DNA of 64,000 nucleotides from sequence record NC_041917.1; one strand, 5' to 3'. Shown piece by piece: positions 48,709 to 57,348 of this stretch (position 1 is its first letter; each line of letters starts with the position of its first letter). The notes under the pieces were generated by a model. It saw only the letters and a program-made list of their open reading frames with translations, ran no database searches and was not told where the DNA came from. The position numbers and the translations under genes were made by a program.

Positions 48709-48915
48709 ATGTTCCTTGATGAAATTAAATCTGTTCCATTCCCAAGCTATAAAGCTTTGGAAAAATCACGTAACGAATCGTCTAAGTCTGTTAATCCAAC
48801 AACTTATGATCGTTATGAAAAGTACCATTATCCTGCTGGTACAGAATTCCGTTTAGCAAAAGCTATTGATTCTGTAATTGTAAAAATTAAAAAGGTAATT
48901 AACTATGTCGGTTAA
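48709..48915 (+). CDS. hypothetical protein
   Basis: SD AAGGAG. Confidence 0.75.
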   Translation: MFLDEIKSVPFPSYKALEKSRNESSKSVNPTTYDRYEKYHYPAGTEFRLAKAIDSVIVKIKKVINYVG

Positions 48916-49510
48916 ATTCACACCAGTAGTAACTACATTGAAAAACACACTTGTTGTTGAATTGGAATACGAGCATGGTGATGCAGATGCAACTACCTTT
49001 GAATATGTAAATATTCCAGTACTTCCTGAACAAAAAGAAAGTATTGGTGTGTTACTTTCAATGATTGAGCACGGTCTTGAATGTCAAAATGCTGAACGTG
49101 ATGACTACACTATTGACCCGTTCTTTGTTGATGAAACCATTGATTATGATGATAATCAAGGTATTCCATTAGTTGGTGTTGAAGTTCGCTTCAGTTTTGA
49201 TTATAATTCTCCGAAAGAGAAAGGAACTGTCGTTAGCGTTGACCACGAACAGAAATATATCATTATTCGTTCATCTACTGGTGAAGAACACCAATTTGAC
49301 TTTGATGAAATTGAAGATTGTATTGCTTCATCAACAGGTATGATGGTAATGGATGGTGGTGAAATTAGCTTTACATATAATGGTATTAATGTTAACATTG
49401 GCAATGTTGGTGATTGTACTGTTGATTGTCAATTTAATGCATCGGGTGGTATTAATGCGGTTTATTACTACGATGAAAATGCTATTAAATACAGTGTAAC
49501 TGAATATTAA
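48905..49510 (+). CDS. hypothetical acidic protein
   Basis: ORF track. Confidence 0.8.
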   Translation: MSVKFTPVVTTLKNTLVVELEYEHGDADATTFEYVNIPVLPEQKESIGVLLSMIEHGLECQNAERDDYTIDPFFVDETIDYDDNQGIPLVGVEVRFSFDYNSPKEKGTVVSVDHEQKYIIIRSSTGEEHQFDFDEIEDCIASSTGMMVMDGGEISFTYNGINVNIGNVGDCTVDCQFNASGGINAVYYYDENAIKYSVTEY

Positions 49511-49717
49511 AATTTGCGGGAACGCTTGACAAACTGCCAAAGACCCCGCTATAATAGAGGGGTTCTTTATGAAGCATTATTATGATGTATTAGTGACGGT
49601 AGTTGTGTTATTCGGTCTTGCAACTTGTTTGTTTAAAAGTATAATTGTGGCATTTATTGGAATAGCAATATTCTTTTTAGGATGCCTTGTTGAATATCTT
49701 ATCAATAGGAACAAAAC

Positions 49718-50059
49718 ATGAAACACTTCTTGGAAGTACTGTTCGTAGCAATTGCAATTTTGGCTGGTTTATTAGGTCACGTTGGTCTTGCGATTTGGGC
49801 AGGTATGTTTGGTGTGATTATGTGGTTTATTATCCCAAATCCAACGTACCAACCACAAGTTCCTGTAGTACCAAAAATTAATGGTATTGAAGTGGAATTT
49901 AAATATCGTTCAGATGAAGAAGGTAAAACGTTCACCATCGTTGTGCCAAATAATGGTGATGAAGAAATTGTTAATGTGGTTAAGTACATTAACAATTTAA
50001 CAGGTACAGAAACCTCGGCTGAACGTTTAGAGATTTTATCTACTAAGTACTTAATTTAA
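49718..50059 (+). CDS. membrane protein
   Basis: N-terminal TM segments. Confidence 0.8.
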   Translation: MKHFLEVLFVAIAILAGLLGHVGLAIWAGMFGVIMWFIIPNPTYQPQVPVVPKINGIEVEFKYRSDEEGKTFTIVVPNNGDEEIVNVVKYINNLTGTETSAERLEILSTKYLI

Positions 50060-50103
50060 GAGTACTTTAATAGTGAAAGCCCTTATTAAAGGGCTTTTTA
50101 ATT

Positions 50104-50189
50104 GGGGATATGGCGAAATTGGTAAGACGCACCACACTCAAAATGTGGCGGTTTAATCCGTGTCGGTTCGACTCCGACTATCCCCACCA
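50104..50189 (+). tRNA. trnL: tRNA-Leu(CAA)
   Basis: class II, CCACA-CTCAAAA-TGTGG, CCA. Confidence 0.92.
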
Positions 50190-50388
50190 AAAAAAAGATT
50201 GACAGTGCTACAAATTTTAAGTAAGATAGAGTCATTGAGTTCAGCAAGTTTAAAAAAATCTTTAAAAAACTGCTTGACAAGTGATTACAAATTCGATACT
50301 ATGTATCACATCGACGGATGTAAAACGTATCTCTTGGTACTCAACGTTGAGTACTGTTTTAGAAAATAATATATAAGGGCTTTAAAAA

Positions 50389-50610
50389 ATGGCTAAGAAC
50401 ACTATTACTGATATTGGCGAAGTTGAACGTACTGTGAACTACATCAAGTTCCAGATCTCTCAAGCTGACGAACAGCTTGCTCCATTCGCTAACAGCGATA
50501 AGCCAAAGATCTGCTATGCACATCTGTTGGATTGGAAAAAACAGTTGCAGTCTGAACTGTATGAAATCCGTCAGGCTCAGCAGAAAGCACGTCACAACAC
50601 GCACAAGTAA
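50389..50610 (+). CDS. hypothetical protein
   Basis: ORF behind a TTGACA promoter. Confidence 0.75.
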   Translation: MAKNTITDIGEVERTVNYIKFQISQADEQLAPFANSDKPKICYAHLLDWKKQLQSELYEIRQAQQKARHNTHK

Positions 50611-50670
50611 TGAGCCATGCCGCTAACATCGTTAGCGGCGTCTTTTAAGTGATAAAAAGAGTATAAAAAT

Positions 50671-50913
50671 ATGAAAAGTGCAACTACTTTAAAGAACATG
50701 CATACTCGCATTGAGTTACTTAAATCACAACGTGATTTAGCATGGATTGAATGGCATAAGTTAAATGATTTGGAACAGCGTAACAAAGAGCAAGGTAAAG
50801 CATTGTCTCAAACTTTCGCCCTTATCACTAAACTGACATATGAAATTCGCGGTCTGCAAATCACCTTTGGTGAACTGAAAGAACAAGTCATCAAAGAAAT
50901 CATTTTGTCTTAA
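50671..50913 (+). CDS. coiled-coil hypothetical protein
   Basis: ORF track. Confidence 0.75.
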   Translation: MKSATTLKNMHTRIELLKSQRDLAWIEWHKLNDLEQRNKEQGKALSQTFALITKLTYEIRGLQITFGELKEQVIKEIILS

Positions 50914-50929
50914 CTAAAATGGGGTTGTT

Positions 50930-51391
50930 ATGGGTGCAATTATTCTGTACAGTATTTTAGGTTTTCTCGGTGTATTCACTTTGTATATGTTCGTTGTAAC
51001 ATCTGCAATGGGTACTGAACGTTTAAAAACTTCACAGTACTTTATGTCTTCATTGAGTTATAGTGAAGAAGCTACAGTAAAAATCAATCTTTTGATTGAT
51101 AAGTATCAAGCTGGCTTACTTAAAGCTAAGCTTAAATCAAATGTTATAGAATTCACCGAAATGGAAGGTAATGCACTGGCTGGTGAGATTTATATTGCAA
51201 ATAAGTACTTCTCGTATGGTCAGTTGTATCGTTATGGTGCAAATGGAAATACTAAGTGGCAATGCAATAAACCAGATTTAAAAACTTTCAAGCGTATTAT
51301 TAAACTTGAAAAACAACTTGATATTACTGATGAAGTTCCAGTACAAAAAAGTACTAGTAAGTCATCAGAAGAACAGGTTATTCTGGACTAA
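50930..51391 (+). CDS. membrane-anchored protein
   Basis: N-terminal TM helix. Confidence 0.8.
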   Translation: MGAIILYSILGFLGVFTLYMFVVTSAMGTERLKTSQYFMSSLSYSEEATVKINLLIDKYQAGLLKAKLKSNVIEFTEMEGNALAGEIYIANKYFSYGQLYRYGANGNTKWQCNKPDLKTFKRIIKLEKQLDITDEVPVQKSTSKSSEEQVILD

Positions 51392-51427
51392 GGGCAGCAA
51401 TGCCCTATTTTAATTGAGAGATTTAAT

Positions 51428-52111
51428 ATGAATATCATTGAACGAGCAAAACATATTGTTTCCGTTTCTGAATTTGAAAGTAATGTTAATCCAATAGAAA
51501 TGAAAAAGATTAAAGCAGTTTGCCCATACGATGAACAATATATTTTACGTATGGTGGTAAGTACCGATGGTTTGACCTATCACTTACCTATTGAATTACG
51601 ATGGATGTATCCATTGTATATTGCAGCTTTAAAACATCAAACTGAAGTAATTGGGATAAAACATCCGTTTTGTTATATTACTGTTCGTCATGGTTTAGTT
51701 AAATCAATAACTGATGACGAATGGCACGTTGATGGATTCAGTACTAAAATTGTTCATGTACCTGAACAGAACTACATTTGGTCTAACAGTATTCCTACCG
51801 AATACACCAATGTTTCTGTTAAGTTCCCTGATGATTTTGATTCTAATATTCATAATGTGAATCATTACTTACAAAAGTTTGTCCATAATGATGAAGTTCA
51901 GCAGTGTAAAGAAAATGTGTTGTATTGTTTAGACCCATATATCTTACATCGTCGTCCATCATCAAGTACTGGTGAAGTACGTACTTTTGTTCGTATCTCA
52001 TTTGTTCCAATTGAAATCAATGATGTTAATAACACCCAAAATAAGTTATTACCACGTACTTATAACAACGATGGGGTTCAAGTACGAAATAAATTGAGAA
52101 CGTATGGCTAA
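51428..52111 (+). CDS. 2OG-Fe(II) oxygenase-like protein
   Basis: WHVDG and distal H..RP/R.F.R motifs. Confidence 0.6.
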   Translation: MNIIERAKHIVSVSEFESNVNPIEMKKIKAVCPYDEQYILRMVVSTDGLTYHLPIELRWMYPLYIAALKHQTEVIGIKHPFCYITVRHGLVKSITDDEWHVDGFSTKIVHVPEQNYIWSNSIPTEYTNVSVKFPDDFDSNIHNVNHYLQKFVHNDEVQQCKENVLYCLDPYILHRRPSSSTGEVRTFVRISFVPIEINDVNNTQNKLLPRTYNNDGVQVRNKLRTYG

Positions 52112-52517
52112 AATTATTTGTGGATTTCCTGGTATAGGTAAGAGTAGTATTAAAAATATCGGCAAAGTACTTGATTTGGATAGTTCTTTGTATACCAAGA
52201 ATTCTTTATTTCCTGCTAATTATATTGTTGATATTGTATCTGCAATGGATGAATATGATTATATTTTGGTAAGTACGCATGACGTACTTAGAAAAGAATT
52301 ACAATCATTGGGTATTAGTTATACTAATGTATATCCAGAGATTGATTTAGGTGAAGAATACCACGAACGTTATGTTCAACGCGGAAGTCCTGAAAGTTTT
52401 ATTAATTTTATTGATGAAAATTGGGATGACTTCATATACGAATTGCAGTATGATGATTCTGAATATGTTGAACTGGAAAGCGGTCAATTTCTTTCAGATA
52501 TTATAGCAAATATTTGA
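52104..52517 (+). CDS. small P-loop NTPase/kinase
   Basis: IICGFPGIGKS Walker A. Confidence 0.75.
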   Translation: MAKIICGFPGIGKSSIKNIGKVLDLDSSLYTKNSLFPANYIVDIVSAMDEYDYILVSTHDVLRKELQSLGISYTNVYPEIDLGEEYHERYVQRGSPESFINFIDENWDDFIYELQYDDSEYVELESGQFLSDIIANI

Positions 52518-52543
52518 AACGAAAGAAAAAATTGTGGTATAAT
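52515..52543 (+). promoter_or_regulatory. TGAAAC-class promoter
   Basis: TGAAAC-17-TATAAT directly before element 52551. Confidence 0.75.
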
Positions 52544-52550
52544 ATAGTAC

Positions 52551-52677
52551 ATAAGGCAACGGAATCTTACAGCAAAAATACTAATTTTTGATGAAAACGA
52601 AACGACGAGGTTCGAATCCTCACCCACGAATTGCCTTATTATTAGTGGGAGCACGGTGCTGGATAAACAAAGATTCC
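52551..52677 (+). ncRNA. ACAGCAA element with permuted, degenerate tRNA (anticodon-like TT-GAT-GA)
   Basis: GGAATCT/AGATTCC flanks; T arm GAGG-TTCGAAT-CCTC precedes the GTGGG acceptor strand. Confidence 0.6.
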
Positions 52678-52698
52678 AGAATTTAAGTTAGAAAATTA

Positions 52699-52727
52699 TG
52701 AAACAAATCAAAAATTTGTGGTATAAT
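52699..52727 (+). promoter_or_regulatory. TGAAAC-class promoter
   Basis: TGAAAC-17-TATAAT. Confidence 0.75.
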
Positions 52728-52738
52728 ATAAGAAGTAA

Positions 52739-52847
52739 AGCGGGATGGTGATTGATGAAAGCTATTATTTGATTCTAGAAAATCATAATAAGTGAGTAAG
52801 AGAACAGGGTTCTTAATATCACGAGGGTTCGATCCCCTGTCGCTGCA
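52739..52847 (+). ncRNA. degenerate tRNA-like RNA
   Basis: T arm AGGG-TTCGATC-CCCT and AGCGG/TCGCT stem; centre replaced by other hairpins. Confidence 0.35.
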
Positions 52848-52849
52848 CA

Positions 52850-52978
52850 AAGCAACAAACGAAATCTCACAGCAAACAAAACAATTTTTTTCCTTGCATA
52901 GAAAAACGGTGGGGTTCGATTCCCCAACATCCAAGTTGCTTTTAGGATGTGTCTGGAAGGCCGTATGACAAAGATTTC
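52850..52978 (+). ncRNA. ACAGCAA element with permuted tRNA (Ala TGC-like)
   Basis: GAAATCT/AGATTTC flanks; CT-TGC-AT loop, T arm TGGGG/CCCCA, acceptor ACATCC before GGATGT. Confidence 0.65.
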
Positions 52979-53154
52979 AGTTCCTATCAACTAAAAAGGA
53001 TAGCATATAATGAGTTCTGAAGAAAATTTAGAATTATTAAATAAAATAATGAATGCCATTGCAAATGGTAAATTGAGTGAAACAATGACTGAACTTGGTT
53101 ACGAAGTAACTAAGAGTACTGATAAAAGTACAGAATGGTCATTAAAACAATAAT

Positions 53155-53228
53155 GTTCTGTTAGACAAATTGGTAAAGTCACCACCCTTTCAAGGTGGGG
53201 TTTACGGGTTCGACCCCCGTACAGAACG
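53155..53228 (+). tRNA. trnE: tRNA-Glu(TTC)
   Basis: CCACC-CTTTCAA-GGTGG. Confidence 0.9.
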
Positions 53229-53232
53229 CTAA

Positions 53233-53347
53233 AGGATTCGCACAGCAACAATAAAATCTTAAAATTCAATTGGTGAAAACAACCTTGCAGTTCGATTCTG
53301 CTTCCACAATGTGTGGATCTGGTGATGGATAGAAAAAACCGAATCCT
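53233..53347 (+). ncRNA. ACAGCAA element with permuted, degenerate tRNA (TT-GGT-GA loop)
   Basis: AGGATTCG/CGAATCCT flanks; T arm GCAG-TTCGATT-CTGC then TCCAC/GTGGA hairpin. Confidence 0.6.
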
Positions 53348-53385
53348 GATTTTAATTAAGAAGTACTAAAGAATTTGATACACAC

Positions 53386-53538
53386 GGATTTATACAGCAA
53401 ACATAATCCTAAAATAAAACATACGATAATGTTACTAACTCGGAATTCGTTCCCTTCGTTAGTACTTGGCAACTTGGGTACTTAAATAAGTTGTATCACC
53501 TCACGTGTATCGGATTAGAGGTGATTATAAATAAATCC
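53386..53538 (+). ncRNA. ACAGCAA element, divergent cargo
   Basis: GGATTTAT/ATAAATCC flanks; ACAGCAA at 53394; several internal hairpins. Confidence 0.55.
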
Positions 53539-53574
53539 AGTAACACAAAAGTACCTTGAACGGTACTTTTTTAT

Positions 53575-53667
53575 GGTAGGTTGGCAGAGTTTGGCTTATT
53601 GCACTTGTCTTGAAAACAAGCGGGGGTTAACAGCCCTCCGAGGGTTCAAATCCCTCACCTACCTCCA
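53575..53667 (+). tRNA. trnS: tRNA-Ser(TGA)
   Basis: class II, CTTGT-CTTGAAA-ACAAG, CCA. Confidence 0.92.
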
Positions 53668-53684
53668 ATACAATAAAGGTGAAC

Positions 53685-53996
53685 ATGATGGATTCAGTTG
53701 GTTTAATCGTTGTGTTTTTAGAACAACGTGTTCGTGGTTCTCATGAAATACATTATGTAGTACAAGTTACTGAAGAAGGAACTTGTGACGTTCATGTTAC
53801 GGACTCATGGAGTTTTAAGTCATGGGAAGATTTAAAAGAAACGCATCCTACTTTCAAAAGTTTGTTATATGAATTTTTTAATTCTTGCAATTGGGCACCT
53901 TATGTAAACGAAAAAGAAATTTGGGCTGATGAAGTAATCGGCGGCGAAGGTCTTTATGATGATTATGATTCACATGTATTAAGTACTGATTTGTAA
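53685..53996 (+). CDS. hypothetical protein
   Basis: ORF track, start adjusted. Confidence 0.75.
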   Translation: MMDSVGLIVVFLEQRVRGSHEIHYVVQVTEEGTCDVHVTDSWSFKSWEDLKETHPTFKSLLYEFFNSCNWAPYVNEKEIWADEVIGGEGLYDDYDSHVLSTDL

Positions 53997-54004
53997 AGTT
54001 CAAT

Positions 54005-54079
54005 GGGGTACGTAGCTCAGTCTGGTAGAGCAGCCATGCGAAAACGGTGTGTCGGTGGTTCGAATCCACTCGCTCCCCA
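54005..54079 (+). tRNA. atypical tRNA with 16-nt anticodon arm (GCGAAA loop, Phe-like?)
   Basis: canonical D and T arms; anticodon arm 1 nt short and mispaired. Confidence 0.55.
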
Positions 54080-54083
54080 CTAA

Positions 54084-54140
54084 GGAATCTAGCAGCAACC
54101 ATAACCCAATCAAACTTTTAATTTGACAATTATGGATTCC
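54084..54140 (+). ncRNA. ACAGCAA-type element carrying only a Lys(TTT) anticodon stem-loop
   Basis: GGAATC/GATTCC, GCAGCAA, CCATAA/TTATGG, TCAAA-CTTTTAA-TTTGA. Confidence 0.7.
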
Positions 54141-54318
54141 CGTTATTTTTAAGGATGTGATATGTCTAAAGAACAAGATGATTTTGAAAAAGAATATCTT
54201 ATAAGTAAGCGTATTGATCCAAAAGCAACATTTTATATAAAATCTCGTAGAAAGAAAAATGGTTATAGAACTCGTGAATTGAATAATAAATTTCAAGAAT
54301 TTCTTAAACGATTTAAAG

Positions 54319-54410
54319 GGTAAAGTGGCAGAGCGGCTGAATGCAACCGCTTGGAAAGCGGTCAGGTTAGGTAATCCCTAGCCTCGTAGGTTCAAATCCT
54401 ATCTTTACCG
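54319..54410 (+). tRNA. trnS: tRNA-Ser(GGA)
   Basis: class II, ACCGC-TTGGAAA-GCGGT. Confidence 0.92.
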
Positions 54411-54462
54411 CAAAGTAATAACTCCTTATTAAAGTGAAGTACAAAAACAACAGGAGAATATT

Positions 54463-54819
54463 ATGTACGAGAAAGATGATGGTCCATTAACTGATGAACA
54501 AATTCGTATCATCCGTGAAATGAATAGCCATCTGAATCAAACTGATTTAGAAATTGATTTAAATTGGTTGAACAGTGATATACAAGGAAATGCAATGTAT
54601 TACGACTATTATTACAAAGTTGACGGTGACCTTCGTCGTTATACCAGTAATCAAGAGTTAACGGATGCGGAAATCAATAATATTTTTGGTGCAAGCAAAC
54701 AAGTAGTAATGCTTACTCCAATTGTATTTGAACGTGACGTAACTACTGAAGACAAATCTGGTAAAAAGATTAAAAGTACTGAAAAAGTACATGTTGGCTT
54801 CTTAGGATATGTGGAATAA
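54463..54819 (+). CDS. hypothetical protein
   Basis: SD AGGAG. Confidence 0.7.
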   Translation: MYEKDDGPLTDEQIRIIREMNSHLNQTDLEIDLNWLNSDIQGNAMYYDYYYKVDGDLRRYTSNQELTDAEINNIFGASKQVVMLTPIVFERDVTTEDKSGKKIKSTEKVHVGFLGYVE

Positions 54820-54821
54820 AA

Positions 54822-55508
54822 ATGTCAAAAAAGACTGATAAAGAAGTAAAAGATACAAAAGAAAAGTACACTGTTGTTAAACACGGCTCACTAACACTAG
54901 TGAATACACCAACAGTAAAAACTTTCTATATGAATGGTTCTATTGATCATCCTACATTAACTAAGTTCCAAAAGTTCTTAGAAGATACATGTACGGAAAA
55001 TAATAAAATTGATACCGAAGAAACTGAACGCAAAGAAAAGGATGAATTTAAAAAGATTCATGATCCTGAATCTAAGCCAGAGTTTGTTCCTGCTAAACGT
55101 AAAGTTGAGCGTATCAATCTGGTTATCAATAGTGGTGGTGGTTTAGTTGCAGTAATGCTAGAAGTTGTAGCACTAATGAAAACTTCACCAATTCCAATTG
55201 ATACCTACTGTTTTGGTTCTGCAATGAGTGCAGCTTTCTTTATCTTCTTACATGGCAAACGCCGTTTTGTTGGTGAAGGTGCCTCATTTATGACACATAG
55301 CATTGGTGCTATGGCATGGGATAATGTACCAAACATGACAATTCGTATGGAGTACTTGGTTAAACAAAACGAGTACGCACAACAGGAAATTGCTAAACGT
55401 ACTGGAATTCCTCTTGAAAAATTAAAAGAGAAAGAACATCTCGATTGGTACTTGACTGCTGAAGAAGCGTTAGATGTTAAAATCGGTGAATATTTGATCC
55501 GAGATTAA
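54822..55508 (+). CDS. clpP: ClpP-like (S14) protease
   Basis: INSGGG, GSAMSAA, FMTH and DWYLTAEEAL motifs. Confidence 0.9.
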   Translation: MSKKTDKEVKDTKEKYTVVKHGSLTLVNTPTVKTFYMNGSIDHPTLTKFQKFLEDTCTENNKIDTEETERKEKDEFKKIHDPESKPEFVPAKRKVERINLVINSGGGLVAVMLEVVALMKTSPIPIDTYCFGSAMSAAFFIFLHGKRRFVGEGASFMTHSIGAMAWDNVPNMTIRMEYLVKQNEYAQQEIAKRTGIPLEKLKEKEHLDWYLTAEEALDVKIGEYLIRD

Positions 55509-55519
55509 ATATAAATTCT

Positions 55520-55541
55520 GGATTCGAAAGAATCCTTTTTT
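55520..55541 (+). terminator. intrinsic terminator
   Basis: GGATTC-GAAA-GAATCC plus T tract. Confidence 0.75.
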
Positions 55542-55554
55542 AAGTGAGATGATT

Positions 55555-55779
55555 ATGGACAATCAACACAAACATATTAAAGGGTATCGTGACCTTTCAC
55601 AAAAAGAAGTGGATGCGATGAATGAGATTAAACAACTGGCTGCCACCATTGGAGAGTTGATAGAAAAACTTGAAAGTACTGAATCAGTAGATAAACGTTG
55701 GCTTGCAATTGCAAAGACGGATTTACAAAAAGGATTCATGTCAGCAGTACGAAGTGTGGCTAAACCAGATTCCTTCTAA
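55555..55779 (+). CDS. acb2: anti-CBASS cyclic-nucleotide sponge Acb2 homolog
   Basis: MDNQHKHIKGYRDLSQ.E...MNEIK and RWLAIAKTDLQ.G.M...R..A.P.SF signature. Confidence 0.9.
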   Translation: MDNQHKHIKGYRDLSQKEVDAMNEIKQLAATIGELIEKLESTESVDKRWLAIAKTDLQKGFMSAVRSVAKPDSF

Positions 55780-55788
55780 GGAACAAAG

Positions 55789-56169
55789 ATGTATACAACG
55801 GTTAATCATGCTGATATAATTGATGATATTATAACTGAAATACTTGAAATTTATACATGTCGAGTTGAAATTTATAAAGATGGTCATTTATTCACTCAGT
55901 ACGGGTATAATACTAAACATAATGTGAATTATCATATAAATGTAAAGTACTATAATGATAATCCAAGTAATGGTGATAAAGCGAATAGCTTAATGGTAGA
56001 ATTTAAATTTACCAATAGAGTTCCGAAGGGACTAAAAAATCATTACAAGTTATCTATACCTGAAATAACAAGTCTTACAGAAGAACGGCATTTTCAATTA
56101 ATGTTTATCACTGATGATATGTATTTGGATTATGAAGTTATAAATAAATTACGTACACATATTGTGTAA
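55789..56169 (+). CDS. hypothetical protein, EExxFQ paralog family
   Basis: LTEERHFQLM motif. Confidence 0.75.
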   Translation: MYTTVNHADIIDDIITEILEIYTCRVEIYKDGHLFTQYGYNTKHNVNYHINVKYYNDNPSNGDKANSLMVEFKFTNRVPKGLKNHYKLSIPEITSLTEERHFQLMFITDDMYLDYEVINKLRTHIV

Positions 56170-56177
56170 AAAAGTTT

Positions 56178-56232
56178 TAGAATCTAACAGCAATCAAAAC
56201 TCATTGGATATATGAAAAAAGATAGATTCTAG
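56178..56232 (+). ncRNA. minimal ACAGCAA element
   Basis: AGAATCT/AGATTCT flanks; TCAT-TGGATAT-ATGA hairpin; abuts tRNA-Ile(GAT). Confidence 0.65.
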
Positions 56233-56237
56233 TATTT

Positions 56238-56310
56238 GGGAATATAATTCAGTTGGTAGAATGCTCGACCGATAATCGAGTCGCCGCTGGTTCGAGTCCA
56301 GCTATTCCCA
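56238..56310 (+). tRNA. trnI: tRNA-Ile(GAT)
   Basis: CTCGA-CCGATAA-TCGAG. Confidence 0.9.
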
Positions 56311-56409
56311 CGAAGTAGTTCAGTACTGAAAAATGTACAGTGAAATTATTCAACACTATAGGTAGCACTTTGAATGAATCAGTAAGCCTATAAGTAACTA
56401 CAATAAATT

Positions 56410-56538
56410 TGGAATTCAACAGCAATTCACTTACTAAAAACAGCTACCTCACGGTTTGTAGGTTCAAGTCCTACCTTGTACTTTCGAGTACATGTGGTGA
56501 AAATGGTAAACACGGCTGTCCAAAAGAAATGAATTCCA
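56410..56538 (+). tRNA. circularly permuted class II tRNA (Leu TAA-like) inside ACAGCAA element
   Basis: order: TGGAATTCA, ACAGCAA, 3' anticodon strand ACAGC, variable arm, T arm, acceptor 3' strand, TTCG loop, acceptor 5' strand, D arm, GCTGT, TGAATTCCA. Confidence 0.75.
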
Positions 56539-56590
56539 GTATTAATTAAGACATAAATATTCTTATACACTTTTTTGTAAGGATATAATT

Positions 56591-57190
56591 ATGGAAATGA
56601 AAAAGTTGATGGAAGATATTTCTGCCATCATGGAAGGACAACTACCTGGTTATTATTATCATGGAAGTTCTGCCCCAATATCAAATTTTAGTGATGAGTT
56701 TGTTGGTAGAGGAAATGATGAATACGGTCCGGGAATATATTTTAGTTCAGTTCCAAATACTTCTATAGGTTATGCAAAAGATGGCGGTTCTAATGGAATG
56801 GTATATCAGTGCGAAATCAATTTAAGAAAAGAACTATCTAAAAAAACTAGAGTTAATAAAGCAGTACTATTAAAATTAATGCAAAATACACCTGATGAAG
56901 ATGCATATACTAACTGGAATGAAAATAAAAATGTTGCTTATAGAACAGCATTACAGGGTTATGTAGATGAAGGTAATATGTATGATGCGTTAATGGGTGT
57001 TTGGTACGATTGGTATAGAGAATATCCTGTTCAATTCGTGCGTTCACTAGTACAGTTAGGATATGATGGATACATATATACTTTTGCAAGCGGTGAACGT
57101 TTTATTATAGTATATAATCCAGCAAGTATAAAAGTTGTAAACACATTCAATCCAGAAGAAGCTATGCAGAAACTGATTGGAAGTGAATAA
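56591..57190 (+). CDS. ADP-ribosyltransferase-fold protein (polyvalent ART-like)
   Basis: YHGS..F, GPGIYFSS..A..YA and GYDGYI motifs. Confidence 0.55.
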   Translation: MEMKKLMEDISAIMEGQLPGYYYHGSSAPISNFSDEFVGRGNDEYGPGIYFSSVPNTSIGYAKDGGSNGMVYQCEINLRKELSKKTRVNKAVLLKLMQNTPDEDAYTNWNENKNVAYRTALQGYVDEGNMYDALMGVWYDWYREYPVQFVRSLVQLGYDGYIYTFASGERFIIVYNPASIKVVNTFNPEEAMQKLIGSE

Positions 57191-57197
57191 TAAGATT

Positions 57198-57317
57198 TGG
57201 AATTCAACAGCAAATCATTCTAAACCCGTAGCATGTCGTAGGTTCAAGTCCTACCAGTACTATCGAGTACTGTAGCTCAGTTGGTAGAGCAGCCACCTTA
57301 AAAAGAAATGAATTCCA
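57198..57317 (+). tRNA. circularly permuted class I tRNA inside ACAGCAA element (isotype unclear)
   Basis: T arm GTAGG-TTCAAGT-CCTAC, CAGTACT-ATCG-AGTACTG acceptor hairpin, then GCTC-AGTTGGTA-GAGC D arm; same flanks as 56410. Confidence 0.75.
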
Positions 57318-57348
57318 GTATTAATTAAAACAACATGAGTATAAATCA

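Noticed and set aside
55520-55541. GGATTC/GAATCC hairpin as another ACAGCAA element
   Set aside because: It is followed by a T tract rather than ACAGCAA, and sits after clpP; a terminator is the simpler reading.
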